Below, piece by piece: positions 26,550-37,399 of a DNA stretch of 64,000 nucleotides. Location: the NCBI RefSeq assembly GCF_006345805.1, contig NC_042999.1, positions 134,478,001 through 134,542,000 of the forward strand, given 5' to 3'. The DNA comes from Octopus sinensis. Lineage: Eukaryota. Both the position numbers and the translations under genes were made by a program. The notes beneath the pieces were generated by a model that saw nothing but the letters and a program-made list of their open reading frames with translations, made no database searches and was not told the DNA's origin. Numbering within the stretch: the stretch's first letter is position 1; the number at the start of each line of letters is the position of its first letter.

Positions 26550-26860
26550 TGTATTTCTTCAACAAGATAATCTTATCCGTGTCCTACACACAGATCTACT
26601 TGGCCTCAAGAAGTTAAAGTTCAGGCGTGAGGTTAAGAAAAAGTTCAATATTTTGAAGCCAGAGTAGCATTTACGATAAACCAAGTAAATTAGTCGGGGC
26701 GTATTTTTAAATATCAAACGTCGAACCATGATACTATCATTTTCAACCGGCTTTAAAATTGCATTGAAGAGTAGATTATCTTGTTGAAGAAATACTTAAG
26801 ATAACGAGTTTATCCCTCAGAACTTTAATAAGGCTCTTGATTAGACCGATTGTCGACTCT
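26550..26860. repeat. Rearranged near-identical copy of 28318-28605 (inverted + direct segments)
   Basis: 26550-26773 is the reverse complement of about 28318-28541; 26774-26860 is a direct copy of about 28521-28605. Confidence 0.85.
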
Positions 26861-26957
26861 CTAAATTCCGGTGATGTAAAGGAATAAACAACGCTCTCAA
26901 GTGTTGGTAACAATAAAACAATTCTAAACACTCGCAGTCACAGGAGTTTCTCCTTCT

Positions 26958-27006
<49 letters not shown>

Positions 27007-27042
27007 ATACACACACACACACACACACACATACATACACAT

Positions 27043-27236
27043 CAGTGGCGTATGGTGGTTGTTGTATTGGGTGTGGCAGCACACCCAATGCCACCAAATT
27101 TCAAGCAGAGGTATAACAAAAGATTTTCATTAAGATTTGCGATTAAATTAATGAGTAAGGTAAATATTTATAATGAATTTGCCATTTTCGATGGGTGTGC
27201 AGCGCACACATAATGCACCCGGAATATACGCCCCTG
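27043..27236. mobile_element. Small MITE, probably hAT
   Basis: TIR CAGTGGCGTAT/ATACGCCCCTG; putative 8-bp TSD ATACACAT/ACGCACAT (6/8). Confidence 0.55.
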
Positions 27237-27302
27237 ACGCACATTCACATAGATCGCTAGCCACTACACATTCTTTATTTTCTCTCCTTGTTTCTTTCTG
27301 TT

Positions 27303-27340
27303 TCTTTCTGTGGAAGAGCGTAGGCTCGAAACGTTAAAGA
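27303..27340 (+). ncRNA. Hammerhead-like motif with core variant (CTGTGGA)
   Basis: TCTTT-CTGTGGA-A-GAGC(GTAG)GCTC-GAAA-CG-TT-AAAGA; stems intact, A6 changed to U. Lies within a repeat at about 27240-27440. Confidence 0.55.
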
Positions 27341-27473
27341 CTTTTTCACTTCCCGAGCGTTATACTAATACATCTATTTGTTATCTACACCACCTGTCTT
27401 CGTCTTTTGTTGTTTTTTTTTTTGTGAATTTTCCGTATATATGTATGTATATGTGCATATATGTACACGAGGC

Positions 27474-27635
27474 AGACATCAATACAGGTTCCATCTTATC
27501 AAATTCACTCACAGACACTGCTCGACTCGGAGGTATAGTAGAAGACTTTTGCCCAAAAGGTGTCACACAATGGAATTAGAAATGAGGCTATGTAGTTGGA
27601 GAGCGAACTTTTTAATCAGTCAAACATGCCTGCGC
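27474..27635 (-). mobile_element. SINE family A, degraded 5' half
   Basis: Colinear similarity. Confidence 0.6.
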
Positions 27636-27694
27636 ATATAATAATTTTAAAATAAATTTAATAAACATGATCGTTATAATTTCTTACATAAGCA

Positions 27695-27885
27695 CAAGGC
27701 CATAAATTTGAAGTATTGTTTCCCAATTAACTCGATCCTAGTACTTGAATCGCACATTATTTTATCGAGTCCGAAAGGATGAGAACAAAGTTGGTATATG
27801 TCGGAATTTGAACTCAAAACGTAAAAGCTGAAGCAAATACCGAAAGGTGTTTTGTCCGACACTCAAACGGTTCTACCAAACCAGC
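27695..27885 (-). mobile_element. SINE family B, degraded
   Basis: GGAATTTGAACTC B-box complement and subtype 2 tail. Confidence 0.65.
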
Positions 27886-28084
27886 TAATGACCTCTAACA
27901 TGGGCACGGGTCAAACACTTTGGAGGAGAGTGAGGGATGCCGTTCTTATGTTAGGATTATATCGACGCGTGTTCTTCATTAATAGTCTAATGATCATGGA
28001 ATAATGAAAGAAAACCGCGATCTCGGCAGCAGCATTTTAACTCAACAAAGTTTCACAAAGAAGTTAATCTACCACTTTACCATT

Positions 28085-28605
28085 CCTTCCACTCCACCAA
28101 CTTTTACCATGTGTACTGTGATGTCTTGCACGAATTTTTCCATGTGTGTGACAAAAACAGCAAAACAGTGAGAATCGGAAGTTTACTCAGAAGTGTTTAG
28201 TGCCGTGGAAAAAGGTAAGGATTGCCGTAGTCTTGTCTTCTTATATGATAAGTTTGTTTGACTGATGCATACGACAATAGCTTATATTCGCTTCACAGGT
28301 TTACTTACATTCTGACGGCTACTCTTCAATACAATTTTATAGCCGATTGAAAATGAAAGTATCATGGTTCGACGTTTGATATTTAAAATACGCCCCGACT
28401 AATTTACTTGGTTTATCGTAAATGCTACTCTGGCTTCAAAATATTGAACTTTTTCTTAACCTCACGCCTGAACTTTAACTTCTTGAGGCCAAGTAGATCT
28501 GTGTGTAGGACACGGATAATATTATCTTGTTGAAGAAATACTTAAGATAACGAGTCATCCCTCAGAACTTAAAATGAGGCTCTTGATTAGACAGATTGCG
28601 ACGTT
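28085..28605. repeat. Unclassified interspersed repeat (longest copy)
   Basis: Related to 20440-20780 and 26550-26860. Confidence 0.65.
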
Positions 28606-28784
28606 AAAATCAGTTTAGTTAGCAGGTTCTCAGGCTTGAGTTTTATTATTCGGTGGTAGCCATATCATTTCATTGACATCGAGAACCTCAGATACATGAT
28701 AATAAATAATAATAATGAAAATAATGATAAAGGGTGTTTACAACATATACGTCGAGGATTTAGTATTTTACAATGACTTTCTTT

Positions 28785-28932
28785 CACCTGACGACGTAGC
28801 TTAAATTCTGCATTATTTTGAAGGATTTTTTGCATTTTGCATTAATGCAGACATGTAAGTAATTTATTTATTTTCAAATATAATAACATAAATTATTTAC
28901 ATGTTTTTAAGTTACGAAACAATTTGTCGTGG
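28785..28932 (+). ncRNA. Type I hammerhead ribozyme with very long stem II insertion
   Basis: CAC-CTGACGA-C-GTAGCTTAAA[100 nt]TTTAAGTTAC-GAAA-CAATTTG-TC-GTG: 10-bp stem II base, GUC site, stem I CAC/GTG. Confidence 0.7.
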
Positions 28933-29001
28933 TATTAGAATTTTCTTATTGTTAAATAAAATTTCATCAAACTACTTCTCTGTCATTTATGACTTTATAT
29001 A

Positions 29002-30011
29002 TTGGGTTGGCAACTAAGTTCCCGCCGTTTTTTTAAATTTTAATATTTAAAAAGGTTTAATAAAAAATAACAACTAATTAATCAATAATGAATTCAATCC
29101 TTGTTGTTTACAACTTCTTCCCAACGTTCAACAAGATTTTCAATACCTCGTTGGTAGAAATCACCCGATATCGACTCGAAAAATTGATCCACCCAAGCTC
29201 TCAATTCTGCATCAGTATTGAACGAAACTCCGCGCATAGCATTTGAATGAGATCGAAAGCGATAGAAATCCGTTGGTGCCAAATCAGAAGAGTACAGCGG
29301 GTGTGGCAGCACTTCCCAACCATGCGTTTGAATGGCTTCCTTTGTCATATTGGCGATATGAGAGCGGGCGTTGCTTGTGTCCATGAGTTGAGCGGTGACG
29401 AGCAAGCAAACCAGCGGAGATTGTGGATCGTTGGTTTTTGTTATTGTCACTTAAAGCATGCGGAACCCATGCTTCATACTTCTGAACCGTTCCCATCGAA
29501 TGAAGATGTTTTTCTATAGCAGTGTGAGAGCATTCCATTTTCTCTGCCAGTTCCCTTGTCGTTTGATGAGAATTTTCGTGCAAAAGTTGGTTTAATCGCT
29601 CTTCATCGAATTCAACTGGACGGCCAGAATGAGTGCATCTTTGAGGTCAAAATTTCCATTTTTGAACTTGGCATACTAATCACGAGCGGTTCTTTCAGCT
29701 ATGGCACCCTCTCCATACACAGCACAAATGTCACGAGCAGCTTTTCCGGCCTTAGAACCTTGATTAAAAGCAAAAAGAAGGGAGTGTCGAAAATGCTCGT
29801 TTTTCTTAACCTGACATTCCATTTTAATCATCTGAAAATAGACAAAAATTAACTAAAATTAACTAGGAAAAAAGAAACAAACAAACAAAAGACAAAACAG
29901 ATTCCAAAATGATCCAAAAATAGAATTCTCGAAAAAAATAGTTTCGAAAATTTAAAAACGCAATAAATTCCAAAATTTTAAAAAACGGCAGAGACTTAGT
30001 TGCCAACCCAA
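29002..30011 (-). mobile_element. Internally deleted mariner transposon
   Basis: TIR TTGGGTTGGCAACTAAGT.../...ACTTAGTTGCCAACCCAA with TA TSD at 29000-29001 and 30012-30013. Confidence 0.95.
29094..29822 (-). pseudogene. Mariner transposase pseudogene
   Basis: MECQVKKNEHFRH HTH region, SGRP, WVPHAL, HPLYSSDLAPTD (YSPDLAP) and RW...N; stop codon, frameshift and loss of the first catalytic Asp region. Confidence 0.92.
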
Positions 30012-30046
30012 TATATATAAAATATAGGACAATCAGCAAGTTGTCA

Positions 30047-30110
30047 TAATAATACTCAGAGTTTCAAATAACGGAGCAGAAATCTTCTAGGCATTTTTCA
30101 TCAGTTATTA
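30047..30110 (-). ncRNA. Type I hammerhead ribozyme motif
   Basis: Minus: TAATAA-CTGATGA-A-AAAT...ATTT-GAAA-CTCTGAG-TA-TTATTA; 6-bp stem I, quasi-palindromic stem III, GUA site. Confidence 0.7.
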
Positions 30111-31321
30111 AGACAAGAACGCTATAAAGAACCGTTGAAGAAAGGGAAGTTACTCTAACAGGCGTGGAAAAATAAAAGTAAAAGATATAAAATATAGAAT
30201 ATATAAAAATATATATTTCAGTGCAAATGGTTTTGTTATACGGCGCCGTATTTTACAATCCCCTAAATAATAATAATGGTATTTTTTATATAAGCTTAAA
30301 GCTTATGGTGATCACTATGCAATAACTAAGGAAAATAGTCTAATAACGGGGTATATAAGCCCTCGACAGAAAAAAAGGAGGCTTTCCTATCCGCGTGGGA
30401 CACGAACCCACATCCCTTTGTTATCGCGACTAAGAGTGTTACCTATATATACAAAAGAGTGGAGGGGTAAATTATAAATCTAATAAAATGTATGAAATAT
30501 AACATGATCACGAAGAAACGAAAAGAATTAATCATAAAAATAATTATGGTAATTATATAAATAATAAACTACGGGAAAATCTAATATTTAGAAATCAAAG
30601 ATTAAGAAATTAATCAAATATAAGGTTAAGCTATTGCGGATTAAATTTGAAAGGTGCTGGACCTAATTAGACAGAAAGGAAATCCGTAATAATCTTCATG
30701 GACAATGTAATTAAAGAAATAGAATGCTAAGTAATTCAAGAAATAATAAATATTGAATAATCCTGTTTTCAGACACAGGTATTTAAAAACATATATAGAG
30801 AAACAGGTGCAAAGGCGTATATAAAATATAGGATTACAAGTATAACAGGGATAAACCGATGAATAATTCTCTCTCTCTCTCTCTCTCTCTCTCTGTCACA
30901 CACACACACATACACACATTCACACAAACTTCTTTCTCCTTCTCTGTCTGTCTATGTGCCTCTCTTACTCTCTTACTCTCTCTCTCTCTCTCTGCCTCTG
31001 TCTCTTTCTTTGTCTGTCTCTCTCCCTTCTCTCCCTCCCTCTCTCATGAACAAACAGTCTGTGTTGCTTATTATACACATGACTAGACTAAATACCTGGC
31101 GTTACCTGGAATTGTCGTTAATGTCGCAACGTTATTTATTTCAATTATGGTGAAACTTCTGAACGAAACATCGGTAAACTATCAAACTAAATATCACATT
31201 TTCTTATATGTTAACCCATTAAAGACCATACATAATTCAACTACGAATATTATTTATAAATCTTTAGATTTTTTTGAGCCCCTAAAAGGCTCTTTGATTA
31301 TATTTCTCCTGTTATATTGTG

Positions 31322-31628
31322 AAGGCGCGTAGCTTAGTGGTCAGGGTATTCGGCTCAAAGAGTGAGTTCGATTCCATGCGGTGTGCTCTTTATTGAGCAT
31401 GACACTTTATTTCATGTTGTTTCAGTCCACTCAGCTGGTAAATATGAGCTGTATAAGAAAAGACCAGCCTTGCCACAATATGTGTTACGCTGAACCTCCT
31501 TGAGTACTACGTTCAGAGTTCGCTTGTTTGAGGAGTGCTCAGCCACTTGCACGTCAATTTCACAAGCAGGCTGTTTCGTTGATAGGATCAATTGGAACAC
31601 TCCTCGACGTAACCGACGGAGCGCCAGC
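31322..31628 (+). mobile_element. tRNA-derived SINE family C, diverged
   Basis: A box TAGCTTAGTGG, B box GAGTTCGATTCC; central GAGTGCTCAGCCACTT..CAGGCTGTT block shared with 47734 and 51290. Confidence 0.8.
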
Positions 31629-31774
31629 TAAAATATCAACTTTTATTTATTCTAGGAGAATACTGTACATATGAAGTATATTGCAAAAGAAACACAAAAG
31701 GCGGCGAGCTGGCAGAAACGTTAGCACGCCGGGGGAAATACTTAGCGGTATTTCAGTTCTTGCAACCATTCAGC

Positions 31775-32045
31775 ATCCTTATTGTACTCCTTGTCTTTGT
31801 TCCAGATGTCACTCCAAAACCTTTAACTTCAATGTTATCTGGTATCAACTTTTCATCTGTACATTCTCCATTTATTTCTTTGTAGAATCTTTTCTGATCT
31901 ACTCTGAATAACCCATTCTGCTGGTATCTCTTCATTCTTTGGTCGTATCTTACCATTCGATGCAATACCAAATAGGTTCATACATTCCATAATCCAAGAA
32001 TGTGGGCTCGTATCGTATGCCTTATGATAGTCGATCCATGACATG
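31775..32045 (-). pseudogene. R4-clade LINE fragments (RT region)
   Basis: WIDYHKAYD..PHSWI.EC and YQQNGLF..DQKRFYK motifs. Confidence 0.7.
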
Positions 32046-32099
32046 GCTAAGTTACTGTGTGCCTTGGGTATGTGCGTTGGTTTGTTGTGATGCTCTTAT

Positions 32100-32525
32100 T
32101 TTTACTGCATTGAAAGTGTTTTATGTAGGATGTGTGCGGTTCCTAGTAGTGCTATTTTCTGTATGTTATATATACTTGTTAGTCCTGGTGTTTTTTTATG
32201 TATTTGTGTGAATGTTTTTTTAAAATCATACTTATTGCGCCTACCATGATATGAATTATTTCTGTTTTCAGAATCCACATTCGATTTACCTCTATTTGCA
32301 GGTCTTTGTATTTTGCAAGTTTCTTCGTCTCTTTTAGAGAAACATTGTCATCTGTTGGTATCGATACATCGATTAGAAAACATCTTTTTTTCTTGATGAT
32401 TTCTGACAACTATATCCGATTTATTGGCTTAAATTTCCCTCTCTATCTGTGTATTGGCATATCTCGTAGTATGTATGGTTGGTTTTTCATTTTCAGTGAC
32501 CATTTCTGGCATGTGCCTATACCAT
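32100..32525 (-). pseudogene. R4/Dong-clade LINE 3' fragment (RLE domain)
   Basis: CFLIDVSIP.DDNVS.KE..KL.KYKDL; same family as 39060-39460. Confidence 0.85.
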
Positions 32526-32526
32526 C

Positions 32527-32530
<4 letters not shown>

Positions 32531-32606
<76 letters not shown>
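32531..32606. repeat. (TAT)n microsatellite
   Basis: Direct inspection. Confidence 0.95.
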
Positions 32607-33049
32607 TTGAAATAGAATTCTGAAACGAAATTTTTTGAAACAACAATCCAAAGATGAAAACATTATGGCTGGTTGCGTGCTCCCCAACTGAGAAGAGTGG
32701 AAATTAAAAATATATTTGAGCTTCTAAAAAAAATCTTTTTGAAAACAACTCAAATTTGCTTAAAATCTAAAGATCCTAAGAAATTAGCGATGCATAAGTG
32801 TCGTTCGATTTTTCTAAGTGTTAAATGATATCATTACATACATATACTTACACACATACATTCATACACATAGACACACACACATACATACATACATACA
32901 TACATACATACTACGAACGTACATACGTATGTACGAACGTATGTATTACGTTATACTAAAACATTGGCATGAAAAAGTAGCCTTAGAATTGTAGTAGACG
33001 CGTCACATCACACCTTGAAAGGCGCACCTTTGTTGCTAAGGTACAGGAG

Positions 33050-33530
33050 ATTCTAAATACTTCATCAATAAGATAAGGATGCCCCTAAGCAAAATGAATA
33101 TCGATTGTATGAGTGTGACAGTTATCACATCTTTAGCAACTGTCCAAAAATACCCGCAAGGTATGAAATACTCATGAGATATATTGTTGCTAAAACCATT
33201 TACAATGTTGTCTGCAAGTTTTGATTTCATGGCCATTCCAAAGGCACACCAAAACCAAAATGTATCCAAATGAGGAATATTCGTTTAATATTCCTATAAC
33301 AGCTGAAAATCCGGGTCAAATGCAATAAATCTGATATTACTCTGTTGGATGGGTAGATTCACTATCACTGTGTAGCTTACCTACTGCTATAGAGATCAGC
33401 TATCGGTAATATTGAATGTCTCCATTAAATTTTAGAATAGATGAAATTCTTTGGAGAACTAATAGAAATTTATACCCTGGCAAGTGATTTTTCTTTGTAC
33501 CCAGGGCTTGTAAGAGCCCGTTGAAGTCTC
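33050..33530 (+). pseudogene. Decayed RLE-type LINE CCHC/endonuclease remnant
   Basis: HIFSNCPK..RY..MR..VAKTIYN, NKSDI.L.D and IEISY.V.LNVS motifs. Confidence 0.5.
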
Positions 33531-33593
33531 AAGCGATGATGTGGCCAGACACAGACATAAATATCGCTCAAACACGCACACAGAGACACACAC

Positions 33594-33638
<45 letters not shown>

Positions 33639-33639
<1 letters not shown>

Positions 33640-33800
33640 GATGGGCTTCTTTCAGTTTCCGTCTATCAAATCCACTGACAAGGCTTTGGTCAGCTCCAGG
33701 CTATAGTAAAAGACGTTTGCCCGAAGTGCCACGCAATTGCACAAAACCCGGAACCATGTGGTTGTGAACAAAGTTCTTATCACATGGTTACGCCTGCGCC
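33639..33800 (-). mobile_element. SINE family A, 5' half
   Basis: Head GGCGCAGGCG plus CORE. Confidence 0.8.
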
Positions 33801-34161
33801 TTATATTTAAAATTGAATAAAAAGAAACAATCATAAATATAAATAAACGAATAACATCTGGCATTGGGTGCAGGTTGTCTGCAACATTTTAACAGCACCA
33901 GACGATCATTCGCGGTGATCTGTGAACTGTTTAGAAATGGCTCAAAGTACAACCAGCAATACTGCCCGTTTAGACAAAGACATTGTCATCGTAAAACTGT
34001 GGGAAAGTTTCAAAGACAGATGTGACGAGGCAGCGAGGTTAGGTTGGAGTCAACAGGGGTTAGAAGAGGTGGGAATAGTGTGAGTTTGAGTGAAGTGGGA
34101 GGAGTTATTGTTGCGCTTTGATTAAGGTTTTATTTCTTACGTCTGTTTCTCGCTTAATAAA

Positions 34162-34238
<77 letters not shown>

Positions 34239-34669
34239 TGTGTGTGTGTGCATATCTGTGCTTTTCGTTTTGTTGTTATTCTATTTTTAAAGCTGAAACT
34301 GAAACGGAATGAAAAATTTTCCCAGGAACTAAAGATAAAATATATAATTAAATTAAAATAGAAACCAAAAATGGTAATGTGCTATATTCACATACACGCA
34401 CGCGTACATGCACATAAATGCAATTTGTGAGTGTGTGCGCGTGGATATGTATGTGTATGTGTGTGCGCACGTGTGTACACTCAAAAATACTTTCATACAT
34501 ACATATAATGTGTGCGGGGGGTTGGTATGTGTGTGCATGTGTATGTATGTGTGTATGTGTTAGTTAGCATGCAAATGTGTATATGCATGTGTATATACCT
34601 ATATATTTGCATGTGTTTGTGTGCGTATGTGTGCACGCGTGGCCGTATGTTTAAGAAGTGGCATATATA

Positions 34670-35084
34670 TATTTCTTTACTGCCCAGAAGGGGCTAAACA
34701 TAAAGGGAACAAATAAGGACAGACAAAGGGATTGAGTCGATTATATCGCCCCCAGAGCGAAACTGGTACTTTATTTATTGTCCCCGAAAGGATGAAAGGT
34801 AAAGTTGACCTCGGCGGAATTTGAACTCAGAACGTAACAACAGACGAAATACCTATTTCTTTATTACCCACAAGGGGCTAAACACAGAGGAGACAAACAA
34901 GGACAGACATAGGTATTAAGTCGATTACATCGACCCCAGTGCGTAACTGGTACTTAATTTATCGACCCCGAAAGGATGAAAGGTAAAGTTGACCTCGGCG
35001 GAATTTGAACTCAGAACGTAACAACAGACGAAATACCGCTAAGCATTTCGCTCGGCGCGCTAACGTGTCTGCCAGCTCGCCGCC
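34670..35084 (-). mobile_element. SINE family B head-to-tail dimer (184-bp period)
   Basis: One full head; second unit starts at GGTATTTCGTC (junction 34853/34854). Confidence 0.9.
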
Positions 35085-35376
35085 AATATATAGTGCCATA
35101 TATAGCAGGCATTCTCAGTCTCTGGAAGAAGAGTAAATTTTGTTTTTGCATCCCTTCACACCTGCGTCTGCGGGCCACCGACACTTCCATCTCTCTTAAT
35201 ATCAATTACATGGGTTGGGTTTAGCTTGCAGTGTTCCATGTTGGTCAACTATATTCTACTATAGCTGCTTTAAGCTGACCAATGCTTTGGGAGCGAAATT
35301 TGTTAACGGAACCTGTGTGGAAGCCTATGCGTGTGTTTGTAACATACGTAGTATGTTATGTATGTATGTATATATG

Positions 35377-35410
<34 letters not shown>

Positions 35411-36306
35411 TGTATGTATGTATGTATGTATGTATAGGTTTGTATGTATGCTTGTGTGTATATATGTATGTACGTATTATGTGTGTGTGTGTGTGTGTGT
35501 ATGTGTGTCTGTGCAGTTGCGTGTGTATTTGTGTATGTATGTGTGCGTGTGCGTGAGAAAGAGAAAGCGAGAAAAAGAAAGAGAAAAAGAAAAAGAAAAA
35601 ATTAAAGTGGAAGAGTAAGAGACAGTGAGGGAGACCGGAATGTTATGAGGGAGAGTGTATAAGTAAGTCAGTAACTGTTACTAATACCAAAATAATATGA
35701 CAACTAGAGACTACTCTATTTCAGGGCGTTGAGTACAGTACGGTCGTAGAATTACAACAGACTGCAGCAGGTGTCATAATTTACAGGAACTACACTTAGA
35801 TGTCATCGCTCCCTCCACACTATCTTTCTTTCTTCTTTCTTTCTTTCTTCCTTTCTTTCTCACTTTCTTTCTTTCTTTCTTCCTTTCTTTCTCACTTTCT
35901 TTCTTTCTTTCTTTCTTTCTTTCTCAGTCTCTCTCTCTCTCTCTCTCTTAATCTTTCTCTCAAACTTTTCTCTCTCACACCTACACATAGCTATGCATGT
36001 GTGTGTGTGTGTGTGTTTATACGCATGCATAAAGCGAACATAATATATCCATATACACACGCACATATATATTATGCACATGCATATTCAAAATTTTACA
36101 TTTTTAGTCATTGAACTTCGGCCATTCTTGAGCACTGCCTTGAACTGCTTAGCCGAACAAATTGACCACAATACTTATTTTTAAGTCTGGTGCATATTCT
36201 GTCATTCTCTATTTGGTTAACCGTTAAGTTATGGGCACGTAAATAAACCTACCTTGATTGTCAAACGGTGGGGACAAACAAAAGCTCAAAGGCTTTTATA
36301 TATATA

Positions 36307-36350
<44 letters not shown>

Positions 36351-36382
36351 GTGTGTGTGTATGTATATATATATATTCAATA

Positions 36383-36580
36383 TGTGACCGCGTGTGTATC
36401 GTTGGCGATTTTCTTTCTCCGTCTTCCCTTCCTTGGACCTTTCCTTTTTCTATGTTTCTGACGAAGAGCTCCGCTCGAAACGTTAAATCCTCCTTCTTTC
36501 TTTCCTCTCTTGAGCGTCCTATAACACTATACTTGTTCCAAGTCCTTGCGTTGTTGTGTTTTCTTTTATGTTTGATTAAC
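36383..36580 (+). mobile_element. Hammerhead-bearing short repeat, copy 2
   Basis: Colinear with 9301-9515. Confidence 0.75.
36454..36488 (+). ncRNA. Minimal type I hammerhead ribozyme motif
   Basis: Identical 35-mer to 9371-9405. Confidence 0.75.
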
Positions 36581-36814
36581 TATATATATATATTTCTCCA
36601 ACGAGGAGAAAAAAGCAGAGCAAACGGAAAACTAGACGAAAATTTAACGGACGGGAAATTTAGGCAAATACAGGATACACGGAATATTCGCAGCTTATTT
36701 TTTCCTCGTCAGTCATGACCCAAAATATCCTGTGGGATTCGTGCATTTACCATTATGCTCTCTGTTGTGCATGTATATATTATATATTATATATATATAT
36801 ATATAATATATATC

Positions 36815-36846
<32 letters not shown>

Positions 36847-37399
36847 TACATATATATATATATTTGTAATATGTGTGTGCCAGTGTATGACTCTAAGTAT
36901 GAACACTTACATGTACACACATTCACATGCACAGTTATTAGTTGCAAAATAAATTTTAACACTGCACCCTCGTCACACTCGTGATGCTTTTGGGTGCAGA
37001 TGTACGAACTGACTCGTGTGTTTCACACAGTTTACTTTAATAATGAAATCAAATTTTATTTGCTGACAGCAGATGACATATAACTCGACAGGGTCATATT
37101 TGAATGTCCATCTCTACCCTATGTGACATGTTTAAAACAAAAACGAAAGACAATTCAGCGTTCATTTAACACTTTGATATCAATAAATATTTTACGCGTT
37201 GGCAGATTTTATAATTGTCTTCTAAATTCCTCCTAAATCTGCATACTTGATTCTATTTCTGTCTCTGTCTTTCTGTCTTTCTCTGTAAGTGTATTTATAA
37301 ATATTTCGTCTTTGTATTTACTTTGCAAGATTCTTGATATGAACTCGTGTGTTGAAACAAATTTTGTTTTTATCTTGGATGGAGTTGGGGTGGGGGTCA

